A stretch of 64,000 nt of DNA, from contig JBNJDT010000004.1 in the NCBI GenBank assembly GCA_051745145.1, positions 1 to 64,000 on the forward strand, written 5' to 3'. The notes beneath the pieces were generated by a model. That model was not told the DNA's origin. It was given only the letters and a program-made list of their open reading frames with translations, and searched no databases. The position numbers and the translations under genes were made by a program. Each line of letters begins with the position of its first letter. Position 1 is the first letter of the stretch. Shown piece after piece: positions 63,975-64,000 of this stretch. Source of the DNA: Elusimicrobiota bacterium. GTDB taxonomy: Bacteria; CG03; SLGR01; JAGXOG01.

Positions 63975-64000
63975 ATTATTAATATGGGGGGCGGTTATGG
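63958..64000 (+). CDS. 5' fragment of the next gene, probably RodA
   Basis: SD GAGGA and ATG overlapping the mrdA end, MKQQTELLIWGAVM...; identity inferred from gene order only. Confidence 0.45.
   Translation, partial: MKQQTELLIWGAVM

Overview
A 64-kb, AT-rich bacterial chromosome segment from a diderm (lnt, a BamA-like barrel, murJ, mreBCD-mrdA). Every credible gene lies on the + strand. Bases 1-27,400 hold mixed housekeeping genes: a DUF58/BatA-vWA pair, ispH, rpsA, a peptidase/propeller/barrel outer-membrane protein, cstA, murJ, a short uvrC, a lytic transglycosylase, secA, lnt, frameshifted prfB, a tandem rhodanese and an SbcD/SbcC-like pair. They end in a small cluster of flavodoxin, Cys-rich small protein, NUDIX, radical SAM, BMC-shell protein and yggS. 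Bases 27,460-64,000 form one very compact run: tRNAs, tuf, rpmG, secE-nusG, rplKAJL, rpoBC, str, a second identical tuf, and S10-spc-alpha running directly into mreBCD-mrdA-(rodA). The most unusual element is a 309-aa protein built of three tandem BMC (Pfam00936-type) shell domains (25813-26742). It overlaps a radical SAM gene, and no other microcompartment gene is present in the window. Other points of note: an out-of-frame signal peptide at a T9 tract, SecA with a hydrophobic N-terminal extension, an RpoB D516A-equivalent, a 4-bp anticodon stem in tRNA-Trp, a large RpoC insertion, acidic tails and trimmed basic termini on ribosomal proteins, missing rpmD, and apparent CCGG enrichment. Taxonomy cannot be fixed without a search; an uncultured, possibly salt-adapted lineage (Elusimicrobiota-like) is a guess only. 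No CRISPR array, transposase, integrase or rRNA was seen.
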